From: Silvanigrellaceae bacterium
GTDB taxonomy: Bacteria > Bdellovibrionota_B > Oligoflexia > Silvanigrellales > Silvanigrellaceae
NCBI GenBank assembly: GCA_049423385.1
Contig: JBMSQQ010000035.1
Coordinates: 1 to 32,136 of the forward strand
DNA length: 32,136 nt
Direction of reading: 5' to 3'
Of this stretch, positions 1 to 9,926 are shown piece after piece. Within the stretch, counting starts at the first letter, position 1; every line of letters begins with the position of its first letter. A program made the translations under genes and the position numbers. Under the pieces are notes generated by a model. It did no database searches and had not been told where the DNA came from. It saw only the letters and a list, made by a program, of their open reading frames with translations.

Positions 1-35
1 CAAGTGATCCGCGATCGCTGAATTGGAAGAATGCG

Positions 36-66
36 AAACCCACCGCAAGGTGGGTTTATTTTTTTA
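36..66 (+). terminator. Rho-independent terminator of an upstream gene (outside window)
   Basis: AAACCCACC-GCAA-GGTGGGTTT perfect 9-bp stem with a GNRA loop, followed by ATTTTTTT. Confidence 0.85.
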
Positions 67-203
67 TCTGAAATGATTGGGTAAAAATTATTTTTTTCCG
101 CCTTTTGTAAAAAACCACTCAATTACCAAGACTCACGGGTCGAACCCTTATACGGGGAAGGTATTCTTAGTGGAACAACCTCCTCGTTGGTTCAACTCAG
201 GTC

Positions 204-1913
204 ATGAGGAGGTTTTTCATGCCTGTCGATATTCTTTTTTCCCGGATCGTTTCCGCAAACCGCCGGTCGGGCGCTGGTGTCGCCTTGGGACTCACGCTTT
301 TCGCGGTCGTCGCATGCAATGGCCAGACAGCATTTGTCGAGCAGAGCAGAACCCTGGACCGCGATGTTCGGGTTGCTGGCTCCGATGAGGACGCGCGTGC
401 GCGCCTGGGTGGAGACATGGCCAAGGCCGCAGCAGCCGAAGGGCCCGCGAAGCGAAATTCCCAAGCCGCAGCAGGAGAGGATGGGCAAGTTTCGCAATTG
501 CCGCATGGTCAGCAAGGGCAGGATTCCATTTCCCAAAACAAAGGTGGAAGCAGCGGGTCGCCGGATCCTGATGGTGTCGCAAGCGGGGTCGACGAAAATC
601 GTCGCACTCCAGGCTCCGATCCTGTGCCGTTGCCACCAACAGCAGATGCTCCAGCTCCAATGCCATCAAGTCCGGTCGTGGTTCCAACGCCTGTGGCAGA
701 CAAAACGCCAACGCCCACGCCACCGGTAGTAACGCTTCCACCCGTAAACCCAGCCCCGTATCCGGGCGCGATGATGACCATCACGCAAGTTCAGCCAAGG
801 GCAAAAGTTGATATTTTGTGGGTCGTCGACAGCAGTGGCTCCATGGCCTGGGCACAAAATCAATTGAAAGACAAATTTCAATCGTTCGCACAGAAATTGA
901 AATCAACCCGCGTGGATTTTCAGGTGGGTGTCACCAGTGTTGACGTTTGTCAGGTGGATTCGACAACCGGATACGCCGTCGCCGACGCATTATGTCCAGA
1001 TGTGACTTACGTGCCGGATGGCATCAAGGTGGGTGGTAAGATCGTCGGACCGCTGCGCGGTTCATTGCAGCCGGACCCTACGACCAAAAAAACGGTCCTG
1101 ACCGACACCGCTGATTTTGTGGAAAGTTTCCAGCGTACAGCTCTTTTGGGGACCAAGGGATCCGCATTTGAGCATGGATTGTGGGCAGCCAAACTTGCTG
1201 TCGACAAGGCCATCAAAGGGGTCGGAGAAAATTCAGGTTTTGTGCGCAGTGATGCGTCTTTGGCCGTGGTTGTATTGTCTGACGAAGAGGACGACAGCGT
1301 GCAGATGTGGTGTGAGGATGGCTATGGTCGCACCAGCCTGACAGCTGATGGCAAAAAGGATTTGAACCTGTGTCGTGACGGCGGAAATTCGCCTTTCCTC
1401 GATGCTTTCGGAATTGCTCCGTATGCATTGATGAAGAACTCCAAAGGTGTTCCCATGACCACCCACAAATTCACGGCCGACAATTTCAAGTCCTGGGCTG
1501 AAGCGAAAGCGGTCAAGGGTGCGGGAAATTTTCGTGTGAGTGCCATCACCGGCTTGCGCAAAGCATCGGGCAACATCGATTGTCAGCTGACAACCGGAGG
1601 GCCGGAGGAATCGGGAACAAATTACATCAAGGCCGCACAACTCACGGGTGGGGCAATCGAAAACATATGTTCATCGGACTGGTCGTCGGTGCTCGCCAAC
1701 ATCGGTCAGAACACTGTTGAACTTGCCACACGCATCAGTTTGCCGGCTGGCAAGGTTCCATTTCCAGGAACGCTGGAAGTGAGGGTTGACGGCCTGATCC
1801 TGGGTGCTAATCAGTACATCTATGATGCGACGGTGCATGCTGTGGTCTTCAAGGAGCCACCTGCGATGGGTGCAGAAGTCAGCGTCAGCTATCGCGAAAC
1901 TTTAGTGGATTGA
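204..1913 (+). CDS. Cys-rich von Willebrand factor A (vWA) domain lipoprotein with Pro/Thr-rich linker
   Basis: Lipobox-like LFAVVAC; long P/T-rich disordered linker; MIDAS DxSxS motif (VDILWVVDSSGSM); VVVLSDEED; C-terminal beta domain (LEVRVDG...YIYDA...VSVSY). Exact start uncertain (204 or 219). Confidence 0.8.
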   Translation: MRRFFMPVDILFSRIVSANRRSGAGVALGLTLFAVVACNGQTAFVEQSRTLDRDVRVAGSDEDARARLGGDMAKAAAAEGPAKRNSQAAAGEDGQVSQLPHGQQGQDSISQNKGGSSGSPDPDGVASGVDENRRTPGSDPVPLPPTADAPAPMPSSPVVVPTPVADKTPTPTPPVVTLPPVNPAPYPGAMMTITQVQPRAKVDILWVVDSSGSMAWAQNQLKDKFQSFAQKLKSTRVDFQVGVTSVDVCQVDSTTGYAVADALCPDVTYVPDGIKVGGKIVGPLRGSLQPDPTTKKTVLTDTADFVESFQRTALLGTKGSAFEHGLWAAKLAVDKAIKGVGENSGFVRSDASLAVVVLSDEEDDSVQMWCEDGYGRTSLTADGKKDLNLCRDGGNSPFLDAFGIAPYALMKNSKGVPMTTHKFTADNFKSWAEAKAVKGAGNFRVSAITGLRKASGNIDCQLTTGGPEESGTNYIKAAQLTGGAIENICSSDWSSVLANIGQNTVELATRISLPAGKVPFPGTLEVRVDGLILGANQYIYDATVHAVVFKEPPAMGAEVSVSYRETLVD

Positions 1914-2449
1914 TTCGCAGCAGGACGACTCGAAAATTGTTTGTATATCTGATTGCCTTTGGTGGAAACACAGGGAACCGTGAGCAGAATGCCCACGGTT
2001 CCTTGTCGCAATTGCAGACGTTTGGACAGTTGGGGCGACAGTCGCGGTGGACTTACACCGAACCCTTGCGCTCGCCGCATTTTCAGACCGATGATCATGG
2101 CGAATATTTGAATTTCGTCTTCGAGTTTCAGACGGAGCTTGAACCGGAAGCACTCTACTCCAAAATTTGTCTCATCGAGGACCATTTTGGTCATGATCGA
2201 ATTCAGCGCTGGCGACCTCGCGCGGTGGATTTCGATTTGCTGTTTTACTGCAAAGCTGATTCTCCTGTTGCGTCGTTCAATATCCAAGCTTCGTTGTCCT
2301 TTCGCTCGCAAGACGGCACCTTCCGGATTCCACATCCGGAGGTCTGGCAGAGACAGTTTTTGTTGAATATGATTGAGACCGGCCTGCAGCTGGATATTGC
2401 CGAGCTTCGTCGATTTTTGTCTGCAATTGGGATGGAAAGAAAGAAATAA
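1910..2449 (+). CDS. folK: 2-amino-4-hydroxy-6-hydroxymethyldihydropteridine pyrophosphokinase (HPPK)
   Basis: YLIAFGGNTG, YLNFV, IEDHFGH.RIQRWRPRAVDFDLL and IPHPEVWQRQFLL motifs; TTG start overlaps the vWA stop. Confidence 0.88.
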   Translation: MIRSRTTRKLFVYLIAFGGNTGNREQNAHGSLSQLQTFGQLGRQSRWTYTEPLRSPHFQTDDHGEYLNFVFEFQTELEPEALYSKICLIEDHFGHDRIQRWRPRAVDFDLLFYCKADSPVASFNIQASLSFRSQDGTFRIPHPEVWQRQFLLNMIETGLQLDIAELRRFLSAIGMERKK

Positions 2450-2451
2450 AA

Positions 2452-3420
2452 ATGAATCAGTCGCAGAACAAAAAAATGAGGGTTGTTTTCCTCGGCACTC
2501 CGGCAATTGTCGTTCCGGTTCTGGAGATCTTGCTTGCTGAAAATACCAGATTCGAGGTTGTAGCTGTTGTCAGTCAACCGCCAACACGCGCACCTCGTGG
2601 CCAGCAGACCATTCCCTCGCCCGTCCATCAAAAAGCCATCGATTCCTCAATTCCTGTCTTGACCCCCGATGATGCAAAAGCTTCATCATTTATTCAGGAG
2701 TTGAAAGAGATGCAGCCTGATCTTTGTGTGACCGCAGCGTATGGTCAAGTCTTGTCGGAGGAGTTTCTTGCGATCCCTGCCTTTGGAACCCTGAATATTC
2801 ATCCAAGTTTGTTGCCCTTGTATCGCGGTGCTGCGCCCGTCCAGCGTGCTCTTGAGAATGGCGTGAAAGTGAGTGGTGTTACGATTGCCAAAACCGTGCG
2901 CGCAATGGATGCGGGTCCAGTCGTCGCACAGGTTCAATATCAAATCGACTCTGCCATCAAAGCTCCACAGCTGCTTGCCGAATTGTTCAAAATCGGCGCT
3001 GAAAAACTTGTGAATATTCTGCCCGATTATTTTGCCGGGCGGGTTGTTCCACTCGAACAGAAACACGAGATGGCGACGAAGGCCCGCAAAATTCAGGTTG
3101 AGGAGAGTGTGCTGCGCCCGGGAGAGCAGTCGGCTAGCACCTTGCACAACAAGGTGCGTGCATTTTCCGGCTGGCCCGGTACGCGATTGAATCTGTTCTT
3201 TGGCGGTGCAGTTTCCGAGGTCAAGGTTCTCACGACCCGTGTTTCGCCCCATTCCAAGGCAAAAAATAAGGATATTATTTTCAATGGAGAGGCTTTGGAA
3301 TTGGTGTGCGTCGATGGAAGTGTGCTAGAGATTCTCGATCTGCAGGCACCCGGAAAGCGGGCTGTTTCAGCGCGGGATTTTTGGAATGGACTCAAAACCA
3401 AGGATCTGCGTTGGGTGTGA
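2452..3420 (+). CDS. fmt: Methionyl-tRNA formyltransferase
   Basis: RVVFLGTP, VVSQPP, VTAAYGQ, LNIHPSLLPLYRGAAPVQ, MDAGP, VRAFSGWPG, LQAPGKR. Confidence 0.96.
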   Translation: MNQSQNKKMRVVFLGTPAIVVPVLEILLAENTRFEVVAVVSQPPTRAPRGQQTIPSPVHQKAIDSSIPVLTPDDAKASSFIQELKEMQPDLCVTAAYGQVLSEEFLAIPAFGTLNIHPSLLPLYRGAAPVQRALENGVKVSGVTIAKTVRAMDAGPVVAQVQYQIDSAIKAPQLLAELFKIGAEKLVNILPDYFAGRVVPLEQKHEMATKARKIQVEESVLRPGEQSASTLHNKVRAFSGWPGTRLNLFFGGAVSEVKVLTTRVSPHSKAKNKDIIFNGEALELVCVDGSVLEILDLQAPGKRAVSARDFWNGLKTKDLRWV

Positions 3421-3439
3421 ACGAAAGGTATCTTTTGGA

Positions 3440-4138
3440 ATGAAAAATCTTGCCTGGCTTCGCGACGTCGTGGTTATCATTACGGTGATGGTCGTGCTCC
3501 GCTCGTCGATTGTGAACTGGTACGTGATTCCAACCGGCTCCATGTTGCCGACGATTAAAATCAGGGATCATGTCCTGGTCAACAAACTGTCTTATGGTTT
3601 GATGCTCCCTTTCATGGGCACACAAATCGTTTCCTGGGATTCTCCAAAGCGTGGCGATATTGTCCTTTTCGACAGTCCGATGGAGCGGATCACGTTCGTG
3701 AAGCGTGTGATTGGCCTGGGTGGCGACAATATTTCCTTCGACAACGGCGTGCTGCAAATCAACAACCAGCGTGTCGGCGAATCCCTGCAAGAAGACCGGG
3801 CCATACTTGAGGACATGGGCGATGGTTCTGCCTGCAACACAGGAGAAGGAAAGAGCCTTTACGTCGAAAAACTTGCAGAGAACGAACCAGGTCATTTTAT
3901 CTTGCGAACTGTCAAGGGCGGAAATACCAACCTTGAAACGAGGACTTGGACGGTTCCGCCGGGCAAACTGCTGGTGATTGGGGACAATCGCGATTGCTCG
4001 AATGACGGACGCTACTGGGGCTACGTCGACAGCGAAAAAATTTACGGCAAGGCAATACGCGTATTTTATTCAATTAATTCGGGCGAAGGCTGGCTTCCCA
4101 AATTCCGGACAGACCGTTTCTTCGGAAAACTTCAATAA
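3440..4138 (+). CDS. lepB: Signal peptidase I
   Basis: N-terminal TM segment; IPTGSMLPT (catalytic Ser); FVKRVIG (catalytic Lys); GDNRDxSxDGRYWG. Start placed at ATG 3440 after AAAGG. Confidence 0.94.
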   Translation: MKNLAWLRDVVVIITVMVVLRSSIVNWYVIPTGSMLPTIKIRDHVLVNKLSYGLMLPFMGTQIVSWDSPKRGDIVLFDSPMERITFVKRVIGLGGDNISFDNGVLQINNQRVGESLQEDRAILEDMGDGSACNTGEGKSLYVEKLAENEPGHFILRTVKGGNTNLETRTWTVPPGKLLVIGDNRDCSNDGRYWGYVDSEKIYGKAIRVFYSINSGEGWLPKFRTDRFFGKLQ

Positions 4139-4300
4139 TAAATCCTTTTATTTGCTCATTTAAGGCGTTAAGGCCAAGGTGTGTGGTCGCGTGAGCCGGG
4201 AAATAGTTTCCCGCAAAACGCATCCTGACGCTCGCTTGTTGCAATGCATGCAGCGAAAGGCAACGATGGTGCGCTTCTTGGAGCAGAGGAGGGTTTTCAA

Positions 4301-4798
4301 ATGTTGAAGGATAAGGCTACCCAGTTGGTTGATTTGGCGAAACAAGCTGTCCTGAAAGCAATGTCGCTGACCGAAGAGGAAACGAAAGCCCTGTTGGGCA
4401 AGCTCCCACTGGAGCAAATTAGTCAACGCACAACCACTGAAGTTGAAAAGATTGTCAGCGGTCTTGTGAACAAATTGTTTGAAGGTTTGAGCGAACCTGT
4501 TGAGGATACGGTGCGCGCAGAAGTTGTGAAAATGCTCACCGAATTGAACACGACCCCTCGCAATGTTGTTTCAAATCTTCGCTATTTGAATGAACTTGTT
4601 CAGTCGACCGCTCCACGCAACCTGACTGACCTCAAGACATTGCGCACGACGCTCGCTCAACGGCTCATTGCAGATGCGAAAGAGCGTTTGGCTGCAACCG
4701 GAACAACCGACGAGTCAGCAACAGCCGAAACCACAGCCACTGCTCATCTGGGTAAAAAGGCTGGCAAGGGCAACGCTGCAAAGCACGTTGAACACTAA
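4301..4798 (+). CDS. Hypothetical all-helical protein with Ala/Thr/Lys-rich tail (possibly phasin-like)
   Basis: GAGGAG SD before ATG 4301; amphipathic helical composition; low-complexity basic C-terminus. Confidence 0.7.
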   Translation: MLKDKATQLVDLAKQAVLKAMSLTEEETKALLGKLPLEQISQRTTTEVEKIVSGLVNKLFEGLSEPVEDTVRAEVVKMLTELNTTPRNVVSNLRYLNELVQSTAPRNLTDLKTLRTTLAQRLIADAKERLAATGTTDESATAETTATAHLGKKAGKGNAAKHVEH

Positions 4799-4805
4799 TC
4801 AAAAG

Positions 4806-7800
4806 TCAGTTTCTTTGCGCCGGGCTGGAATGTTCGAGCGCAGGAGCGGCCCGGTAGATCCGTCTGACCTGGATCTCACCGGGCCATTTGTTTTCCAGGC
4901 TGAAAATAAAATCATCGCTGGGGAGCACGGAGTACTTGCCCAGTTTGGCGCGAATTCGGACGTTTTCTGTTGGCCATGCGAGGTCGAGAGCCAATGGCGT
5001 CTGGCCACGGTGCTTCGCAAGAAGTGCGACCAATTCATCGATGTTCTCATTACGCTGAATAAAGCTCTCTTCGGCAACAAGAAGAATCTGCCGTGCCAGC
5101 TCTGCGCGTTTGTCTGAAATGAGTCCCAGTGCCTGGCATGAGCCCTTCACGCTTCCTTCTTCAATGCCTTTTCTGACCTTGATTTCCATCCATGCAGCAT
5201 CACCCACCTTTGGTTTGTTCACCAGGGCTGCATACTGCGAGGCGAAAACAGACAGTTCTATTTCACCACTGCTGTCCTCAAGGCGATAAACGCCAAATTT
5301 TTTGCCTTCCTTGGTGACCTTCTCGAGAGCCATCGTGATGATTCCAGCGATTTTGAAAGTCCGGCGTTTATGCTCTGGAACATCATCTGCATCCATGAAA
5401 TTGCCTGCATCGCAGATTGGGGCCTGGGCAATTTCGCTCAAGTCGTCGGCCAGCAAATCCGCAGGGTGCCCACACATGTAAAATCCGAGGGTGGCTTTTT
5501 CGTGATTCAGTTGTTCCATCAGTGACCATGGAATGATCTTTTTGAGTTGAACACCCGCGAGCAGGTTGTGGAAAGATGTTTTCTCCGGAGTCAGTCGGGT
5601 TTCCAGTGCGCGAGGATTGAATCTCTTTTGACCCGGAAAATTGCGCTGCCTTGAAGATTTGTTTTCAGGAATTTCCGGTTTTCGAGTGTTTTTTGAGTGG
5701 GATTCTTCCGCTGGGGACGAAAACAAGTCGAAGATGCCGTCGCCAACGGAATCTTGTCTTTCGGACTCCTTGGAAATGGCACGCAACCAGTTGTCGCTGT
5801 TGCCAAGCAATTCGGCGCGGTTGGTGGCAATTTCATCGAACGCGCCTGCCTTGATAAGACTTTCGATTACTTTTTTGTTGATCTTTCGAGGATCCAGTCG
5901 GGCAATGAATTCGGGTACTGTTTCGAAATTTCCATTCTCGCCGCGTTCGGCGGTAATGAGGTCGATGATTCCCTTGCCGAGTCCCTTGATTGCTCCAAGT
6001 CCAAATTGAATGGTTTTGGCTGCAGGAATGGTGAATTCGAATTCTGCCGAGTTCACACTCGGGGGCAACAGGGTGATGTTCATCCGTTTGCAGTCACGGA
6101 CATACGAAACAATCTTGTCTGTGTTGTCCAGGTCGCACGACATGATCGCAGCCATGAATTCTGTTGGATAATAGGTTTTCAGATAAGCTGTTTGAAAAGT
6201 CACGTAGGCATATGCTGCCGAATGGCTCTTGTTGAAACCATATTCGGCAAACTTGGCGATGAGGTCGAAAAATTCAGAGACCTTTTGTGGATTGTGGCCG
6301 TTTTTAGCAGAGCCTTCAACAAATCGCGCCTTTTGGCGTTCCATTTCGGCCTTGTCTTTTTTACCCATCGCGCGACGCAGGAGATCGGCTTCGCCAAGAG
6401 AGTAATTCGCAAGCACGGCTGCGATCTTTTGAACCTGTTCCTGATAGACGATGACGCCATAGGTATCCGCAAGGATCGATTCGAGTTCGGCAAACGGATA
6501 TTCAACTGCGGTTTTGCCATGCTTGCGGTTGACAAAGTCGGCGACCATCCCCGAACCGAGCGGGCCTGGACGGAACAAGGCTTCAACGGCAACAATGTCC
6601 GAAAAGCATGTCGGCTTCAATTCGGAAATCAGTTTGCGCATACCGCTGGATTCAAGCTGAAAGATGCCGGTCAGATGGGCTGTTGAAACCATCTCGTAAA
6701 CTTTGGGATCTTCCAGATCGATTGCTTCAATGTCGAATCCTGGATCGTGCTTTTTGCGGATTTCCTGAACCGCTTTTTCAATCACCGTGAGCGTTTTCAA
6801 ACCCAGGAAGTCGAATTTGATGAGGCCGATTTTTTCGGCGAATTTGTGTTCGAATTGGGTTATCATTTGCCCTTCGGATTCGAGCTGTGGGCAGCTTTGG
6901 TCGAGAGCTCTATCCGAAATAATCACACCTGCGGCATGGATTCCCAACGAATTTAGCGTGCCCTCTATGGCCAACGCGCCATCCCAGAGAATCCGGGCCC
7001 GTTCGTCGTTCTCGATGCGTTCCCGAAGTCTTTCTTCTTCCTTGAAAGCTTGTTCGAGGGTGATGCCCGGAGTTTCGGGAATCAGCTTGGCAAATTCGTT
7101 GCTGTCGAAAAAGCTCCAGCCCAGGATGCGGGCCAGGTTCTTGAGAGCGTTCTTGGCCATCAGTCGACCGAACGTCACAATTTGGGAAACGTTCTTCGCG
7201 CCGTAACGCTTGTAAACGTAATCGAGCACTTCACCACGGCGGTCCATGCAGAAGTCCGTGTCGATATCCGGCATGCTGACACGTTCTGGATTCAGAAAGC
7301 GTTCAAAAAGCAGGTTGAAGCGGATGGGGTCGATGTTGGTGATGCGCAGTGAGTATGTGACCAGGCTTCCGGCCGCGGAACCACGACCAGGTCCCACTGG
7401 AATTCCTCTTTCCTTTGCCCAGTTGATGAAGTCCTGGACGATGAGGAAGTATCCCGCAAATTTCATCTTGTTGATGACACCGAGTTCGTATTCAAGGCGT
7501 TCCTTGTAATTGTTCCAGACGTCATCATTGAATTCGCTGCCCATCCACTGCATGACCGCGGGCTTTCTTTGTTCAAGCATCTCTCGTGAAAGTCGCGCAA
7601 GACATTCGTCTGCTGATTCATCGGGACGTTGACGGAAATCGGGCATGAAAATGCTTTTGGTGTCGATGGTGACTTTGCAGCGCTGTGAAATTTTAACCGT
7701 GTTTTCGATTGCCTCGGGATAGGCACGGAATTTTGCAATCATCTCTTCGCTGCTGGCGAGATGAAAGTGAAGCGCCGGATCGAATCCTTGAACATCCGTT

Positions 7801-8510
7801 TTTTGCAGCTTGTGCTTGATGGCAAGCAGGGACAGATGTGTGTCGCGGTCCGATGGCTTGAGATAATGCACGTCGGCGGTCGCAACTGTTCCAAGCGATT
7901 TTTTTTCAGCCAGTTGGCTGAGCAACGGGATCAATGCTTTTTGCTCGGGAATGCCATTATCCATCATTTCAATAAAAACGCTGTTGGATCCGAAAATGTC
8001 GACCAGCGTATCGATGAATGAGTCGCACTTGTCGGTTTCGTCTGACAACAGGATTTGCTGCAATTCACCTTTCATGCAGCTTGTCAGACAAATGATTCCT
8101 TGAGCATGTGTGCGGATTTCGTTCCAGGTGACGATGTTGGATTCTGGACCCATCCGGTTTTTGCCATCGGTGTTGGCAATCGAGCAGAGCTTGACGATAT
8201 TGGCATAACCTTCGTTGGTTTCGGCCAGCAACACCAGGTGAAACGGGTTCTTGCTTGAAGTCAGCAGCAATGGCTCGACGTTCGCTTCGTAACCAATAAT
8301 GCCGTTGATCTTTTCTTTCTGACACTCAAGGTAAAATTCGACGGCGCCATGAAGTGCGTCATGGTCTGTCAGCGCAGCTGCCTTGGCTTGCCGATGGATG
8401 AGTTCCTTGACGAGTTTTTTGACTTTGATGCTTCCGTCGAGAAGCGAATATTCGGAATGAACATGGAGGTGCACGAACTCCTGCACATTGGGAGTGTTGG
8501 CAGTCTCCAT
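4806..8510 (-). CDS. dnaE: DNA polymerase III alpha subunit
   Basis: PHP HLHVHSEYSLLDG; GPGRGSAAGS; FERFLNPERVSMPDIDTDF; GLIKFDFLGL; FAEYGFNKSHS; HhH; OB fold. Confidence 0.98.
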   Translation of the reverse strand: METANTPNVQEFVHLHVHSEYSLLDGSIKVKKLVKELIHRQAKAAALTDHDALHGAVEFYLECQKEKINGIIGYEANVEPLLLTSSKNPFHLVLLAETNEGYANIVKLCSIANTDGKNRMGPESNIVTWNEIRTHAQGIICLTSCMKGELQQILLSDETDKCDSFIDTLVDIFGSNSVFIEMMDNGIPEQKALIPLLSQLAEKKSLGTVATADVHYLKPSDRDTHLSLLAIKHKLQKTDVQGFDPALHFHLASSEEMIAKFRAYPEAIENTVKISQRCKVTIDTKSIFMPDFRQRPDESADECLARLSREMLEQRKPAVMQWMGSEFNDDVWNNYKERLEYELGVINKMKFAGYFLIVQDFINWAKERGIPVGPGRGSAAGSLVTYSLRITNIDPIRFNLLFERFLNPERVSMPDIDTDFCMDRRGEVLDYVYKRYGAKNVSQIVTFGRLMAKNALKNLARILGWSFFDSNEFAKLIPETPGITLEQAFKEEERLRERIENDERARILWDGALAIEGTLNSLGIHAAGVIISDRALDQSCPQLESEGQMITQFEHKFAEKIGLIKFDFLGLKTLTVIEKAVQEIRKKHDPGFDIEAIDLEDPKVYEMVSTAHLTGIFQLESSGMRKLISELKPTCFSDIVAVEALFRPGPLGSGMVADFVNRKHGKTAVEYPFAELESILADTYGVIVYQEQVQKIAAVLANYSLGEADLLRRAMGKKDKAEMERQKARFVEGSAKNGHNPQKVSEFFDLIAKFAEYGFNKSHSAAYAYVTFQTAYLKTYYPTEFMAAIMSCDLDNTDKIVSYVRDCKRMNITLLPPSVNSAEFEFTIPAAKTIQFGLGAIKGLGKGIIDLITAERGENGNFETVPEFIARLDPRKINKKVIESLIKAGAFDEIATNRAELLGNSDNWLRAISKESERQDSVGDGIFDLFSSPAEESHSKNTRKPEIPENKSSRQRNFPGQKRFNPRALETRLTPEKTSFHNLLAGVQLKKIIPWSLMEQLNHEKATLGFYMCGHPADLLADDLSEIAQAPICDAGNFMDADDVPEHKRRTFKIAGIITMALEKVTKEGKKFGVYRLEDSSGEIELSVFASQYAALVNKPKVGDAAWMEIKVRKGIEEGSVKGSCQALGLISDKRAELARQILLVAEESFIQRNENIDELVALLAKHRGQTPLALDLAWPTENVRIRAKLGKYSVLPSDDFIFSLENKWPGEIQVRRIYRAAPALEHSSPAQRN

Positions 8511-8527
8511 GCACGAAGTCCTTTCGA

Positions 8528-9136
8528 TTAACCCAGTGTTCCCAGGCTTTTCGCTTCAACGGTGGACGTTTGAACGGCGGCGATCTTCTGCTTCACTTCA
8601 CTCAAGTAGCGATCGAATGCGACGCACCATGAATTTGTGTAGCGCTCTTCGTTTGTCTTGCGATCAGCCAAGCGCTCCACGGCGTCGATCATGCGTTCAT
8701 CGTCATGACGGAAGCGGTGGATCGCGCGTGCAATGCAATTCTGGACTTTTGTGTCTTCGGAGAAAAAGTCGATTCCATCAACTGCCCAAATAGCTTTGAA
8801 AACTTTTTCTGCAAGTGTGTCGGCACGATCGGGGCCATCCCCGAGGGTGACGCGTTTTGCTTTGGCAAGTCTGCTTTTCACTTCGTCAACGAGATCATCC
8901 AAGGATTTGCCGGAAGCCTTTGCAATGTGACTCTGTTGTTGCACCAATCGTTCTGCTTCACGGGAAAGACGATCTTCAGTTTTGGCATCATCCTCGAGCA
9001 CATCCATGATGGCATCAAGGACGCGATCTTCAACAGTTTCATCGGCGGTGTAATCAAATCCCACATGGCCGGAGGCCTTGAGAACTTTGAAAACGCGTTC
9101 AGACAATCGTTCGAGCTGTTCGGTGGAGAGTCTCAT
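8528..9136 (-). CDS. DUF507 family protein (two fused repeats)
   Basis: MRLS.EQ.ERLS..VF N-terminus, K.RLAK.K..TL, and a second repeat ending ..SW...F.RY..E; GGAAGGA SD. Confidence 0.7.
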   Translation of the reverse strand: MRLSTEQLERLSERVFKVLKASGHVGFDYTADETVEDRVLDAIMDVLEDDAKTEDRLSREAERLVQQQSHIAKASGKSLDDLVDEVKSRLAKAKRVTLGDGPDRADTLAEKVFKAIWAVDGIDFFSEDTKVQNCIARAIHRFRHDDERMIDAVERLADRKTNEERYTNSWCVAFDRYLSEVKQKIAAVQTSTVEAKSLGTLG

Positions 9137-9197
9137 GAGTTCCTTCCGCACTATCTTGTGTCAACTGGAAAACCTATAGCGCGGAGGTCGCCCCGGT

Positions 9198-9926
9198 TCA
9201 ACCTCCCGAGCCCGATGAATTTGCTGTCAGAACAGTTTTCACCTTGTCGACGCTGGTGCCCGGGGCTTGTTCGAGTGTCGTTGCGAAAGCCTTGACCGCG
9301 GTGCTCAGCGGCGAGCTACCCCCGGCTTCTGATGCTTTTGCCAGTGTTAATATAAGCTTGGCGGCATCTTCAATGCTCAGGTTGGCAACCGCAGCCGGGT
9401 TGTCCGTGAAGAATTTGATTTGCAGCAAAGCATAGGATGAAAAGAACAGGCTGTACTGAAGTTTCATTTCGGTCGTTCTGCTGTCGCTTGGGATGGCCTC
9501 CATTGCGTCACACGCCTGCGCCATAAAAGCCAAGGATTCCGTGGTGGAGATTGGAAGTGCAGAATTGATGGCATTCACCCCGGTTTGCCCCGAGGCTCCG
9601 GCCGTCGTGGCATTTTTGATGAGTCCAAGTGTGGTTATGCCTGCTTGTGCAGCATATGCGGCAGCAAGCAGACTGCGTGCTGAATGGTTCTCCGGTTCGT
9701 CGACGAGAACCCTGTTCAATCGTTCCGCAGCGCCTGAATAGTTGCTGGCTTCCATGTCCAGTTCGGCTTTTTCCTGATCATTGGCAGGCGAATATTTTTC
9801 AACAACGTTTTTCCCGCAGGCGGGAACAATCAGGAGTGGCTGCACCAACATCAGAACCATGACCGCTCTCGGCAGCAGGCGCATCGCAAAGGTGTTGAAC
9901 TTCGATTTTGGAATCAGTTTGCTCAT
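9198..9926 (-). CDS. TPR-like helical lipoprotein, hypothetical
   Basis: Lipobox-like LLIVPAC; TPR-like A...M....Y..A...L..VL..EPEN..ARSLLAAAY; ATGA overlap with the upstream barrel gene. Confidence 0.7.
   Translation of the reverse strand: MSKLIPKSKFNTFAMRLLPRAVMVLMLVQPLLIVPACGKNVVEKYSPANDQEKAELDMEASNYSGAAERLNRVLVDEPENHSARSLLAAAYAAQAGITTLGLIKNATTAGASGQTGVNAINSALPISTTESLAFMAQACDAMEAIPSDSRTTEMKLQYSLFFSSYALLQIKFFTDNPAAVANLSIEDAAKLILTLAKASEAGGSSPLSTAVKAFATTLEQAPGTSVDKVKTVLTANSSGSGG

Noticed and set aside
6220..6260. Common DnaE intein insertion site
   Set aside because: FAEYGFNKSHS is contiguous; no intein present
5697..6686. 329-aa ORF on the + strand inside dnaE
   Set aside because: Antisense shadow of a conserved gene; no motifs or SD
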